Source: Octopus bimaculoides
Taxonomy: Eukaryota
Direction of reading: 5' to 3'
Length of the DNA: 64,000 nucleotides
NCBI RefSeq assembly: GCF_001194135.2
Contig: NC_068992.1
Coordinates: 52,433,161 to 52,497,160, forward strand
Shown: positions 1-11,931 of the stretch, in pieces
Layout: each line of letters starts with the position of its first letter
How positions within the stretch are numbered: position 1 is the first letter of the stretch
Made by a program: the position numbers and the translations under genes
Notes under the pieces: generated by a model
Told to the model about the DNA's origin: nothing
Database searches by the model: none
Seen by the model: only the letters and a program-made list of their open reading frames with translations

Positions 1-18
1 TATATATATATATATATA

Positions 19-226
19 GGAGACGCAATGGCCCAGTGGTTACGGCAGCGAACTCGCGGTCATAGGATCGCGGTTTCGATTGCCAGACCAGGCGTTGTGA
101 GTGTTTATTGAGCAAAAACACCTAAGCTCCATGTTAATTGCACGTTAATCTCACAAGAAGGCTGTTCCATTGATCAGATCAACTGGAACCCTCATCGTCG
201 TAAGCGACGGAGTGCCAACAACAACA
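19..226 (+). mobile_element. SINE family A copy with internal deletion
   Basis: tRNA-like head GGAGACGCAATGGCCCAGTGGTT...GGTTTCGATT (A/B boxes) and (CAA)n tail. Matches the copies at 1403-1787 and 36325-36712 but lacks the middle part between AAGCTCCA and TGCACGTTAAT. Confidence 0.9.
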
Positions 227-1050
227 GTTGTCCACATTGGTATATTCCATATTAAACCATGTTTAAAATTGATCAGAGGTGGGTTGAACTCTGTCTCTGG
301 TGGAAGATAACATTGAACACTGAACAGCTTAGCTCATCAAACTTTAGGCTTATATAAACAAATACAACTAACTATTACATTAAACATAATTAAACAGCCT
401 AACTTGCAGTGCGTAGCTCACATTTTACAACATGTATAAATGTAGACCTTGAAGATTGCTTCAGCTGTGTAATCTTCCAACAAGATGGCAGTCTTCACTT
501 GGGGACAATCAAATTGAAGAAATCCAAACATTTGTTTTGTTTGTTACGCTTTTATGAAAAGGATAAAATATTACGAGATTATTTGTTCTATTAATAATTC
601 TAAAACATTTGTGTTTTATTCATTAATTTAACAACAGTGTATCATTCTAAAAGACTTGTAATTATCTCTAAGATTTCACTTTGGTTGATTGTATTGCATA
701 ACACTTCCTCCTCCATTTCGTTAAAGCTATATTACATACGCAGATGAGAATAGATTAAATTAAGCTGGGAATACAATTTTCTGGAATCTTTCAATTGTTA
801 CCAGAGCATTTGTTTGAAGAAGATGTTTCCATTGACATCCTTCAATATACCAAAAAATAACAACAACAATAACAACAACAACAAAAACCAATATGACAAA
901 AACATTATTGAATTCTTCAGTCTAATTTTCATTTGTAGATATAATTAGTGATTTAATACAAGATCTTGTATTTGTGATTCTTTGTTACAGTGTTGATAAG
1001 TTGTTGATACAACAGGTATTCAAATATGTCTAAATTCATTACTACTACTA

Positions 1051-1232
1051 ATAATGGTTTCAAATGTTGGCAGCAATGGCCAGCAATGGAACTGGTACAT
1101 AATTTATCAACCTCGAAAGAATGAAAGGCAAAGTCGACCTCGGAGGAATTTGAACTCAGAACATAAAGAAAGATGAAATACTGCTAAACATTTTGCCCAG
1201 CATGCTAACATTTCTGCCAACTCACCGCCTTG
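1051..1232 (-). mobile_element. SINE family C copy
   Basis: Reverse complement of the GAGTTGGCAGAA...GAGTTCAAATTCC...GAGGTCGACTTTGCCTTTCAT...GTACCAGT module seen more than 10 times in the window. Confidence 0.85.
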
Positions 1233-1402
1233 GAATAACAACTATATCGCCACAACCACCATTAACACAGGAGAGTATCACGAAAGCCAACATCGTAAAA
1301 TTAACAATACCACTAATAAAGCAATACAGACCAACTGTTGTTATTTTAAAATAAATTAATTACTTTCGATGAGACAAAACTGTTCTAAAGCACTGAGAAA
1401 TG

Positions 1403-1787
1403 TTGTTGTTGGCACTCCGTTGCTTACGACGTTGAGGGTTCAAGTTGATCCGATCAATGGAACAGCCTGCTCGTTAAATTAATGTGCAAGTCGCTGAGTA
1501 CTCCACAGACACGTGTACCCTTAACGTTGTTCTCGGGGATATTCAGCGTGACACAGTGTGACAAGGCTGACCCTTTGAATTACAGGCACAACAGAAACAG
1601 GAAGTAAGAGTGAGAGAAAGTTGTGGTGAAAGAGTACAGCAGGGTTCACCACCATCCCCTGCCGGAGCCTCGTAGAGCTTTAGGTGTTTTCGCTCAATAA
1701 ACACTCACAACACCCAGTCTGGGAATCAAAACCGCGACCCTATGACTGCGAGTCCGCTGCCCTAACCACTGGGCCATTGCGCGTCCG
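1403..1787 (-). mobile_element. SINE family A, near full length
   Basis: Reverse complement of 36325-36712 over ~380 bp, with tRNA-like head and (CAA)n tail. Confidence 0.92.
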
Positions 1788-1870
1788 CACTGAGAAATAA
1801 CCCACATGTATTTAAATATATCCCATTCTCCAGATTTGTTTGAGATTATATGGCATACCATGGTTGTATA

Positions 1871-2165
1871 TGAGATGTGATCAAAAAATATCTGACTTTA
1901 TAGTTTATTTCCAAAACTAATATTGCATAGGCAAAATTCAGCAGAGGGGAGGCAACGTCACCCTTTCTGAGCATGCATGAACATTTTGGCACTGGTAGGC
2001 CCTGTCAGTCATACTCATTAGAGTTTCGTTTACATGCAAGGTGACCAAATGCATCAAGCAAAGACCATACACCTATGTCTCATCACCAGTGATGATGGTC
2101 TTCATGAAGTCTCAAGGTTGTGGTCTGCACAGTCCAGCGAATCCTGAGTGATTTCATAAATTGCT
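1871..2165 (-). mobile_element. Mariner (DD34D) relic, internally deleted
   Basis: Minus strand reads EITQDSLDCADHN/DFMKTIITGDET*VYG (first catalytic D motif). TIR-like TA-TGAGATGTGATCAAAAAATATCTGACTT starts at 1869. Confidence 0.8.
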
Positions 2166-2196
2166 TACACTAGTATCAACGTTTTGTTAATTCTTC

Positions 2197-2835
2197 TATT
2201 CTTTTACTTGTTTCAGTCATTTGACTGCAGCGATGCTGGAGCACTGCCTTGAAATGTTTTAGTTGAACAAATCGACTCCAGGACTAATTTTTTTCTAAGC
2301 CTCGTGCTTATTCTAGTGGTCTCTTTTGCGGAGGCTCCTGTGCAGGTGGCACGTAAAATACACCATTTTGAGCGTGGCCGTTGCCAGTACCTCCTGACTG
2401 GCCTTCGTGCCGGTGGCACATAAAAACACTCACTACAGTCTCAGAGTGGTTGGCATTAGGAAGGGCATCCAGCTGTAGAAACTCTGGCCGAACAGATTGC
2501 AGCCTGGTGTAGCCATCTGGTTCACCAGTCCTCAGTCAAATCGTCCAATCCATGCTAGCATGGAAAGCGGACGTTATATGATGATGATGATGATAAACAC
2601 ACCAGCATCGGTTGTCAAGTGATGGCAGGGAGCAAACACAGACACACACACATGAATACATACATATATATTCGATTGGCTTCTTTCAGTTTCTGTCTAC
2701 CAAATCCACTCACAAAGTTTTGGTCAGCCCAAGGCGATAGTAGAAGACACCTGCCTAAGGTGCCATGCACTGGGACCGAACCCAGAATCATGTGGTTGGG
2801 AAGCAAACTTCTTACCACACAGCCATACCTCACTC
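2197..2835 (-). mobile_element. SINE family B interrupted by an RTE 3' end
   Basis: Tail (2197-2332) and head (2595-2835) are collinear with the intact copies at 20185-20600 and 32098-32518. Confidence 0.88.
2333..2594 (+). mobile_element. RTE-clade LINE 3' end nested in SINE B
   Basis: GGAAGGGCATCCAGCTGTAGAAACT...CATGCTAGCATGGAAAGCGGACGTT+(GAT)n, the same tail family that follows the RTE ORF end at 32539-33100. Confidence 0.85.
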
Positions 2836-2904
2836 CGTGTGAAAATGGATGAGCAATATGAGTGAAGGTTTTGCATTTCTAGGACATGTAAGACAGGTGT
2901 TTGG

Positions 2905-3373
2905 TTTGTACACCACCACCACCAACACCACCAACACCACCAGTACAACCCCCACCATCCCCCACCACCATTGTCATAATCCTCATCATAATCATGAACA
3001 TCAGCATCAACACTGTCACCACCATAACCCACCACCATCAACACCATAATCATTGTTACCACCACCACCACTATCATCATCATCACCATCATCATCATCA
3101 TCGTCATCATCATCATCATCATCATCATCGTCGTCGTCATCGTCGTCCTCATCGTCGTCATAAACATCATCATTGTCGTCGTCATGATCATCATCACCAC
3201 CACCACCACTACCACCACCACTACCACCACCACTACCACCACCACTACCACCACCACTACCACCACCACTACCACCACCACTATAATCCTCCTTCTCCTC
3301 CTCCTCCTCATTCTCATCAGCATCATCGCATTCATTGTCATCATCATCATCATCACAATAATCATCGTCATCG

Positions 3374-3428
<55 letters not shown>

Positions 3429-3480
3429 ACCCACGTTGTCGTTGGTATCAACATCATCGTTGTTGTTGTTGGTGTTGCTG
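2905..3480 (+). repeat. Compound (CAC/CAT/CGT)n trinucleotide array
   Basis: Directly visible; includes ~7 copies of the 12-mer CACCACCACTAC at ~3196-3285. Confidence 0.97.
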
Positions 3481-3544
3481 TCATCTTTATCACAGTCACA
3501 GCAAGGATGAAGAATGCCTTCAGTGATTAGATCGTATTCAGGTG

Positions 3545-4302
3545 TTAACTGTGATGCTGGTGAAAGAAGCGATGATGAAGATTGTGAAGATGGTAGAGAT
3601 GCTGATGTTGAGGGTAAGGATGATGACGGGGGGGGGCGGTAGGATGGTGCAAAAGATGAATGTGGTGTGGACGATGATGACAAGGATGAAGAGGACGATG
3701 GTGAAGGTGTTGAAAAGGGTTGGGGTAGGGGTTGGTGATGACAAGGAAGGAAATAGTGAATGTGGATGCTGGTGATGATGATGTTCATGGTATTAATGAT
3801 GATGATGAAGATGGGAGATGACAGTGATTGTGATGACAGGGAAGGAGTGATTGTAAAACTGATGATGATGCCAATGATGGTGATGATGATGGTGATGATG
3901 ATGGTGATGATGATGATGATGATGGTGATGATGATGGTGATGATGATGACGATGTTGATGATGATGATGATAATGATGATGATGATAATGATGATGATGA
4001 TGACGATGATGATGGTGATGATGATGGTGGTGGTGGTGGTGTTGGTGGTAGTGGTGGTGGTGGTGGTGGTGGTGATGGTGGTGGTGGCGGTGGTGATGAT
4101 GAGGTTGATGAAGATGATGATAATGATGATGGTGATGATGACAATGTTGATGACGATGTTGATGACGATGGCGATGGTGATGGTGAGGATCATGGCGGTG
4201 GTGGTGGTGATTGTGGTGATGGTGGTGGTAGTGGTGGTGGTGATGATGATGATGATGATGATGAAGATGATGGTGACAATGATGATGATGTCAATGATGA
4301 CA

Positions 4303-4333
<31 letters not shown>

Positions 4334-4385
4334 TGATGACAGTGACGACGACGAGGACGATGATGACAGTGACAACGACAATGAT
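3545..4385 (+). repeat. Compound (GAT/GGT/GAC)n trinucleotide array
   Basis: Directly visible; opposite polarity to the preceding array. Confidence 0.97.
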
Positions 4386-4777
4386 AGGGAAGTTGATAAT
4401 AAGACGAGAGAGTGGGGGATGACAGCACAGGAAAGAATGAGAAAGATTATCAACACCGTGATGAAGATGTTGGAGACAATGATCGAAATAATGAGCATTA
4501 TCCTCCCGGTTGGTTTTATATCAGCTTCATTTTCTCTTTTTATTTCTTTTCTTTTCCTTTCTCACTTTCTTTCTCAAAAAGTCTTTGATTGATCATTCTT
4601 GAAATACACTGAGTAACCTCCCACATTTCCAGAAAATGGGTTACCTTTACCATAAGGCATATCCACTGATCACTAGACTATCATCCCTACTTCCCTTCAT
4701 GTCACTTCTAGGTTATCATCATCATCATCATCATCATCATTATTATTATTATCATTATTATTATAATTCTTATCATT

Positions 4778-4821
<44 letters not shown>

Positions 4822-4867
4822 TATCATTATTATTATTATTATCATTATCATTATTATTATTATTATT

Positions 4868-5012
4868 GGCGTTAGAAAGGGCATCCAGCTGTAGTAACTC
4901 TGCCAAATCAGATTGGAGCCTGGTGTAGCCAAACGTTTCACCAGTTCTCAGTCAAATCATCCAACCCATGCTAGCATGGAAAGCGGACGTTAAATGATGA
5001 TGATGATGATGA
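4868..5012 (+). mobile_element. RTE 3' end between (CAT/TAT)n arrays
   Basis: TGGCGTTAGAAAGGGCATCCAGCTGTAG...GGAAAGCGGACGTTAAAT(GAT)n. Confidence 0.88.
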
Positions 5013-5027
5013 TTATTATTATTATTA

Positions 5028-5067
<40 letters not shown>

Positions 5068-5068
<1 letters not shown>

Positions 5069-5644
5069 TGTATGACTTTTGCTTTGTATTTGTACAAGTT
5101 GGCTCCAAGTTTCACACAGAGACCTCAAGAGACAACAAGTTAGAAGTTCATGCTGGTATTATGCCTAGGGTGTCATATATTTAGTTTTGTACATAGTATT
5201 GTTCTAGAGAATGTTTAAGAAAACATAAGAAAAATATGAGTTTGTTTTAAAATTTGAGATTACATATGGTTGCTTTCTGATTTCCTGTAACCTTTTCTGG
5301 CGTGTGTTTATACCATCTTTTTCCTGTTCTTATTTCCATAGAGTTGGCACAGCCTCCAGTGTATATAGACCTCCAACTCTGTCGTATCTGTGAATATATT
5401 CCTTCTTAGCCAGGACTGGGCACCCAGAGATAATATGGTTTATTGTTTCTTGTCCATCTCCACATATTCTGCAATTAGTTGGGTTTTTTTTCTTTTCATT
5501 ACATGTTTTGGGTAATTTCTGGTAGGAAGGTTTTGGTCTCGGGCTGCAGTTAAAAATTCCTCAGTCTCTGCTTTGAGTCCTGAGCTTCTCAGCCATTGTT
5601 GGGATTTTGCTTTATCTATGTCTTTTTTGTTTAGTTTAGCCCAG
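5068..5644 (-). mobile_element. R4/Dong-clade non-LTR retrotransposon, 3' part with internal deletion
   Basis: Minus strand reads WAKLNKKDIDKAKSQQWLRSSGLKAETEEFLTAARDQNLPTRNY...DGQETINHIISGCPVLAKKEYIHRYDRVG..YIHW..RWYKHTPEKVTGNQKATI (CCHC region of restriction-like endonuclease (RLE) elements, frameshifted). It joins a 3' UTR ending in (TAA)n. Confidence 0.88.
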
Positions 5645-6234
5645 NNNNNNNNNNNNNNNNNNNNNNNNNNNNNNNNNNNNNNNNNNNNNNNNNNNNNNNN
5701 NNNNNNNNNNNNNNNNNNNNNNNNNNNNNNNNNNNNNNNNNNNNNNNNNNNNNNNNNNNNNNNNNNNNNNNNNNNNNNNNNNNNNNNNNNNNNNNNNNNN
5801 NNNNNNNNNNNNNNNNNNNNNNNNNNNNNNNNNNNNNNNNNNNNNNNNNNNNNNNNNNNNNNNNNNNNNNNNNNNNNNNNNNNNNNNNNNNNNNNNNNNN
5901 NNNNNNNNNNNNNNNNNNNNNNNNNNNNNNNNNNNNNNNNNNNNNNNNNNNNNNNNNNNNNNNNNNNNNNNNNNNNNNNNNNNNNNNNNNNNNNNNNNNN
6001 NNNNNNNNNNNNNNNNNNNNNNNNNNNNNNNNNNNNNNNNNNNNNNNNNNNNNNNNNNNNNNNNNNNNNNNNNNNNNNNNNNNNNNNNNNNNNNNNNNNN
6101 NNNNNNNNNNNNNNNNNNNNNNNNNNNNNNNNNNNNNNNNNNNNNNNNNNNNNNNNNNNNNNNNNNNNNNNNNNNNNNNNNNNNNNNNNNNNNNNNNNNN
6201 NNNNNNNNNNNNNNNNNNNNNNNNNNNNNNNNNN

Positions 6235-6492
6235 TGTACAAGTTGGATCCAAGTCTCACCCAGAGACCTCAAGAGACAACAAGTTAGAAGTTCATGTAGG
6301 TGTTATGCCTAGGGTACCATATATTTGGATTTGTACAGTTTTGTTCAAGTGAATGTTTAAGAAACCATAAGAAAATTATGTGTTTGCTTTAAAATTTGAG
6401 ATCACATAGACAGTATTTTACGTAGGATATGGGCAGTTCCCATGAGCACTATCTTTTGAACTTCAGCCATTTTGGGGTTTCCTGGAATCTGA

Positions 6493-6493
<1 letters not shown>
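6235..6493 (-). mobile_element. R4/Dong-clade 3' end (ORF C-terminus and 3' UTR)
   Basis: Minus strand reads QIPGNPKMAEVQKIVLMGTAHILRKILSM*. The UTR is similar to 5068-5260, and the 5' truncation abuts (TAA)n at 6494-6538. Confidence 0.9.
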
Positions 6494-6540
<47 letters not shown>

Positions 6541-6545
6541 GAAGA

Positions 6546-6770
6546 AGGTGCTGAGCTAGCAGAAACATTAGCATGCCAGACGAAATACATAGTGGCATTT
6601 CATCTGTCATTACGTTCTGAGTTCAAATTCCGCCAAGGTTGACTTTACCTTTTATCCTTTCAGGGTTGATAAATTAAGTACTAGTTGTGCATTGGTGTCG
6701 ATCTAATCAACTGGCTCCACTCCCCCAAAATTTTGGGCCTTGTGCCTAGAGTAGAAAAGATCATTATCAT
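6546..6770 (+). mobile_element. SINE family C
   Basis: AAGGTGCTGAGCTAGCAGAAAC...GAGTTCAAATTCCGCC...GGCCTTGTGCCTAGAGTAGAAAAGATCATT. Confidence 0.88.
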
Positions 6771-7264
6771 TGCTGATATTATTACTGTAATCATTATCGT
6801 TCTTATTATTATCATTGTTGTTGTTGTTGTCGCTGTCATTGTTGTTATTGTTGTTGTCCATGTCGTTGTTGTTGTCGTCATTCCTTTCCAACACATTTGA
6901 AAATTCCTTGTTCATTAATGATGTTTATTAGTTTATCATTAATGAAATATAAACAGCATGTCTATCTAATTAAATTTTATATTGTATTAAAAACTGTTTC
7001 TTGTTAGAGTATAAAGAGTTCTTTTTGTTTTTGTTTTTTATTTTGTCTTTTAATTGGATTTGCTTCCCAGCAGACGAAGTCATGTGCAAAGTATTGAGTT
7101 TAGTATCTCTTTCTTTCTCTCCCCCACTCTCTCTTTCTCTGGTTAGTAACAGTGCAGGAGGGAGCTGTACTATTCCAAACTAATATAAAGCAGGAACATG
7201 TCAAGAATTATTGCCCTTTTATCTATTATCTATCTATCTCTCTATCTATTTATATTTATACATG

Positions 7265-7308
<44 letters not shown>

Positions 7309-8122
7309 NNNNNNNNNNNNNNNNNNNNNNNNNNNNNNNNNNNNNNNNNNNNNNNNNNNNNNNNNNNNNNNNNNNNNNNNNNNNNNNNNNNNNNNNNNNN
7401 NNNNNNNNNNNNNNNNNNNNNNNNNNNNNNNNNNNNNNNNNNNNNNNNNNNNNNNNNNNNNNNNNNNNNNNNNNNNNNNNNNNNNNNNNNNNNNNNNNNN
7501 NNNNNNNNNNNNNNNNNNNNNNNNNNNNNNNNNNNNNNNNNNNNNNNNNNNNNNNNNNNNNNNNNNNNNNNNNNNNNNNNNNNNNNNNNNNNNNNNNNNN
7601 NNNNNNNNNNNNNNNNNNNNNNNNNNNNNNNNNNNNNNNNNNNNNNNNNNNNNNNNNNNNNNNNNNNNNNNNNNNNNNNNNNNNNNNNNNNNNNNNNNNN
7701 NNNNNNNNNNNNNNNNNNNNNNNNNNNNNNNNNNNNNNNNNNNNNNNNNNNNNNNNNNNNNNNNNNNNNNNNNNNNNNNNNNNNNNNNNNNNNNNNNNNN
7801 NNNNNNNNNNNNNNNNNNNNNNNNNNNNNNNNNNNNNNNNNNNNNNNNNNNNNNNNNNNNNNNNNNNNNNNNNNNNNNNNNNNNNNNNNNNNNNNNNNNN
7901 NNNNNNNNNNNNNNNNNNNNNNNNNNNNNNNNNNNNNNNNNNNNNNNNNNNNNNNNNNNNNNNNNNNNNNNNNNNNNNNNNNNNNNNNNNNNNNNNNNNN
8001 NNNNNNNNNNNNNNNNNNNNNNNNNNNNNNNNNNNNNNNNNNNNNNNNNNNNNNNNNNNNNNNNNNNNNNNNNNNNNNNNNNNNNNNNNNNNNNNNNNNN
8101 NNNNNNNNNNNNNNNNNNNNNN

Positions 8123-8181
<59 letters not shown>

Positions 8182-8565
8182 GTATTTCCTCCTAAGTTCT
8201 ATATACTCTGGGAATGCATTAAAGCCCGTTTCAGGTATACTTTATTTGAATTCTTACTATTGGGTAACTAATTTCATGTTATTACATAACTGACTTCACA
8301 ATTTGGGTATTTATAATCCTGTGCAATACAGTTTGGTATTCTCTGTAAATGCACAAAATCTGTTTTAAGGGCTACATACAGTGTATTGTTACTGGATTAG
8401 TGAAACAATTATGAGAACAGAACCAAAGGATAAGTCCTGCTTTCCAGGAATTACCGGGTACAACAGCAAGTACATACATATTTACACATACATGTAAAAT
8501 TTTAGATATATGTATCATTGGTAAGTATATGAATGTAAATGCAAATTTATACCCTATAAGCTTAC

Positions 8566-8655
8566 TCATGTAGTAACAATCTAGAACTCCAAAGAATGCA
8601 TTGAACCTGTTAATGATTCTGTATAGAAATTCAATATAAGCAGCCACATACAGAC
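8566..8655 (-). CDS. Candidate internal coding exon (90 nt, symmetric phase 1), product unknown
   Basis: Acceptor TTCATTGCAATTTAG|, donor ATGA|GTAAGC, open frame xLYVAAYIEFLYRIINRFNAFFGVLDCYYM. No homology recognised. Confidence 0.3.
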
Positions 8656-9879
8656 CTAAATTGCAATGAAGAAATCATGTTCTTTTCGTGCATTGGTCTA
8701 CTTTTATCGGAAACAAATTTGAAAAATTACAACCAGAAAATCATACATATGTACAGATACACACACACTTACACAAATGCTCATATACCTCTATGAATAA
8801 ATTTGTATGTATATATGTGTGTGCATATATGTGTGCATATATATATGCATATGTTCATGTATGTATGTATGTATGTATGTGTGTATGTATGTATGTATGT
8901 ATGTATGTATGTATGCATGTATATATGCATAGAAAGCCACATGGATGAATATGTAAATAGAAACATATTTGAATTGTATTTGGATAAAAACATAACCGCA
9001 ACACATTTTCGCTGCTTGGCATCAACTTATTCCAGTTTACAGATTCTGTTTCCTTTTATGCTATTCAATGTATTGATATAATATCAGACATTTTAACTAA
9101 TTTACCACTTTTAAAGTTGCTCCATTCATTTCCTTGACTAATAGTCTGTGGAATTTGCTAAGCAAAGTTTGAGAAAATCAGACACTTAGTCAGTTCAACC
9201 TTATCGGTTCTTTAGTATGCATATATCTTAAATCTAGTTTTCATTCTTTAGTTTTCCTGTTCTACTTATATACATATGTGTATGCACACAAATAAACACA
9301 CACAAACACATGCACATATATATTCATGCATACAGATATATGTACAAGTGTGTGTCAGTGTGTTTGTGAGCATGTGTGCCTGTGTTAGGCAATGAGCATA
9401 AATAAAACAATGCAAGCTGAAGACAAATTTTAGCAAGTACTGTATTAATTTTGTACTCGAAAAGAAAGGAAAATATGGTAGGCAAATGAGAATGAGAAAA
9501 TATGGTGAGAGAAAATAAAAAGAATTTGATTAGGCCGTTGGGAAGAAAAAAAGGGTTAGAGTCAGGTGGGAATGAAGTTCTAAAGGGGTGCTAGAAATAG
9601 AGGATCAGGTGGTGTGGGATGTGCATTTATAGGAGAGTATCTTGTATAGAGAAAGAAATAGAGGGTGGTGTATGTGTTGTGGTATGTGGTATACGTGCTT
9701 CCTATAAGGGGTGGGCATGACAGATATGAGAGTGTACTGATGTGGGATAGTTGGGTTGTGGCAAGATGGTGTGAAAGGAAAGCACAAAGGGGAGTTGGAT
9801 GAATCAGGCATAAATGAGTTGAACAGAGTGGTCCACATAACCATTCATGATACAGAGGCTGAGAGCTTATTTCAGTTCG

Positions 9880-10340
9880 GGAGTGAATCATCATCACCTG
9901 TCACTTAGTCGCAAACACATGTCATATAGCTGCAATAGAATGCTGCATCACCAACAATAATGTGATTTCTCTAAGATATCAACCAGTAATCTATCAAGTC
10001 CATTTACACATTTCTCAATACATACTGCAGTTATGATTTCCCTCCGGCATTTTATGCCTCCATCGTAGATAGGTAGATCTGCTAGTATATTTAATGACAG
10101 AAGAGCAGGAAAAAATTTTGCATTTAATTCCTATTTTATCATCCAACAAATACTAACAGTTTTCAACAAAGTTACCATTAACTCCAAAACATTTTTTGCA
10201 TTGTTTGCAGATCTACTCTTTAATATTTGAATAGAATTATTTATCTGGCTCTACCAACCACTATTCTGTAGTCAGGTTCAGTACTTCATTATCAGAGAAT
10301 CCTCTGCTGTCCAAACGGTGCATCAAATTCTGAAACAGTG
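9880..10340 (-). pseudogene. Highly degenerate LINE (RTE-like) reverse transcriptase remnant
   Basis: Broken minus frames RGFSDNEVL (weak resemblance to LRYADDTVL), GVNGNFVENC and LADLPIYDGGIKCRREII...CSILLQLYD lie in the order expected for RTE RT. Many stops. Confidence 0.35.
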
Positions 10341-10714
10341 TAAACCACAGACAGCAAGATCTTGGAAATAGACAAGGAGAGGTTGTTCTTCAAATTTACA
10401 ATCACAGACGTCAGCTTTTAACACCTGAACTGTATAAGGTGGTATATTGTTGCAAAGAAGCAAGACAATGGAACTGAAGATTTCACTATCCATTGTCTTG
10501 TTGCAATATCAGAACTGCCATAATAGTTCAGCATAATGGACACCTGAGATCATTATCTTGTGTGGTATGCAATGAATTAACCAAACACTCACAGTTGTTG
10601 CGTATGTGTGAATATTCTTCTTGTCAACTTTCTCTCTTGCACTTTCCTTTGGATTCAAATGCAAACACTATATGTATCTCTTGCATCCTCCTCTCTCGTT
10701 CTCTTTCTCTCTTC

Positions 10715-10746
<32 letters not shown>

Positions 10747-10841
10747 TTCTTTCTCTCTTTCTGTCTCTGTATATACTTGTATACACACACATATATGAGT
10801 TAATTACACAAACAGGAATCCAACATAATACATTTCACACA

Positions 10842-10895
<54 letters not shown>

Positions 10896-11116
10896 CACAC
10901 ACACACACACATGGGAGCTGGCTGAAAAGTTTATAAGCTGAGAAAGATACTTTCATGATATATGACCAAATGAGTTTATTTTTCAACATAGTCTGCCTTT
11001 TGATCCACTCACTTCATCTATCAGTGTTGCAGTGCTTGGATCCCATTGATGAAGAAGATTTCATCTTTTTGGTCAAAAAGCAATCAACAGCATATGTTGT
11101 TGTTGTTGCTTGTTCC

Positions 11117-11385
11117 TTCCACGAGGCTCCGGCAGGTGATGGTGGCAAATCCTGCTGTACTCTTCCACCACAACTTTCTCTCACTCTTTCTTCCTGTTTC
11201 TGTTGTGCCTGTAATTCAAAGGGTCAGCCTTGTCACACCGTGTCACGCTGAACATCCCTGAGAATTACGTTAAGGGTACACGTGTCTGTGGAGTGCTCAG
11301 CCACTTGCACGTTAATTTCACGAGCAGGCCATTCCATTGACCAGATCAACTGGAACTCTTGTTGTCGTAACCGACAGAGTCCCAA
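11117..11385 (+). mobile_element. SINE family A, 5'-truncated
   Basis: CCACGAGGCTCCGGCAGG...GAGTCCCAACAAAC matches 36430-36712. Confidence 0.9.
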
Positions 11386-11414
11386 CAAACACATATATAT
11401 ATTTATATATATCA

Positions 11415-11565
11415 TTAACTTCTTTCAGTTTCCATCTACCAAATCCACACACAAGGCTTTGATTGGCCTAAGGCTTTAGTAGAAGACACTTGTCCAGGGT
11501 GTCGCGCAATGGGACCAAACCCAAAACCATGTGGTTGGGAAGTAAGCTTCTTACCACACAGCTAC
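11415..11565 (-). mobile_element. SINE family B head
   Basis: TTCTTTCAGTTTCCATCTACCAAATCCACACACAAGGCTTT...CTTACCACACAGC. Confidence 0.9.
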
Positions 11566-11892
11566 CAAGATATTTGCACTCCATTGTACAGTCACTGACT
11601 TTGCACATCCACTGAAGCAAACTAGTTTCATTTCTTTCAAGTCTTCACATATCCACTACACTTAAAAAGGGTATTATATTAATAAACATAGCTATGATCT
11701 TGGTCAGTCATATTCTTAGGGATTTTTGTTAGACGTGTATGATCAGTATGGAACAGTTGCATTCCTGAATCAATTACACAGACATTTTGATAACTTCAAA
11801 CTCACATTTTCAAATTAAATTATTCTAAATGATGAACTCAGAAACATGAAAAGTACTTAATGAGAAATGATTGAAGTGGAGCATAGTCATGT

Positions 11893-11931
<39 letters not shown>

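Noticed and set aside
2724-4498. Long ORFs of up to 489 aa (poly-I, M, H, T, V)
   Set aside because: They are translations of stop-free trinucleotide arrays in several frames and both strands; the same applies to 29083-29826.
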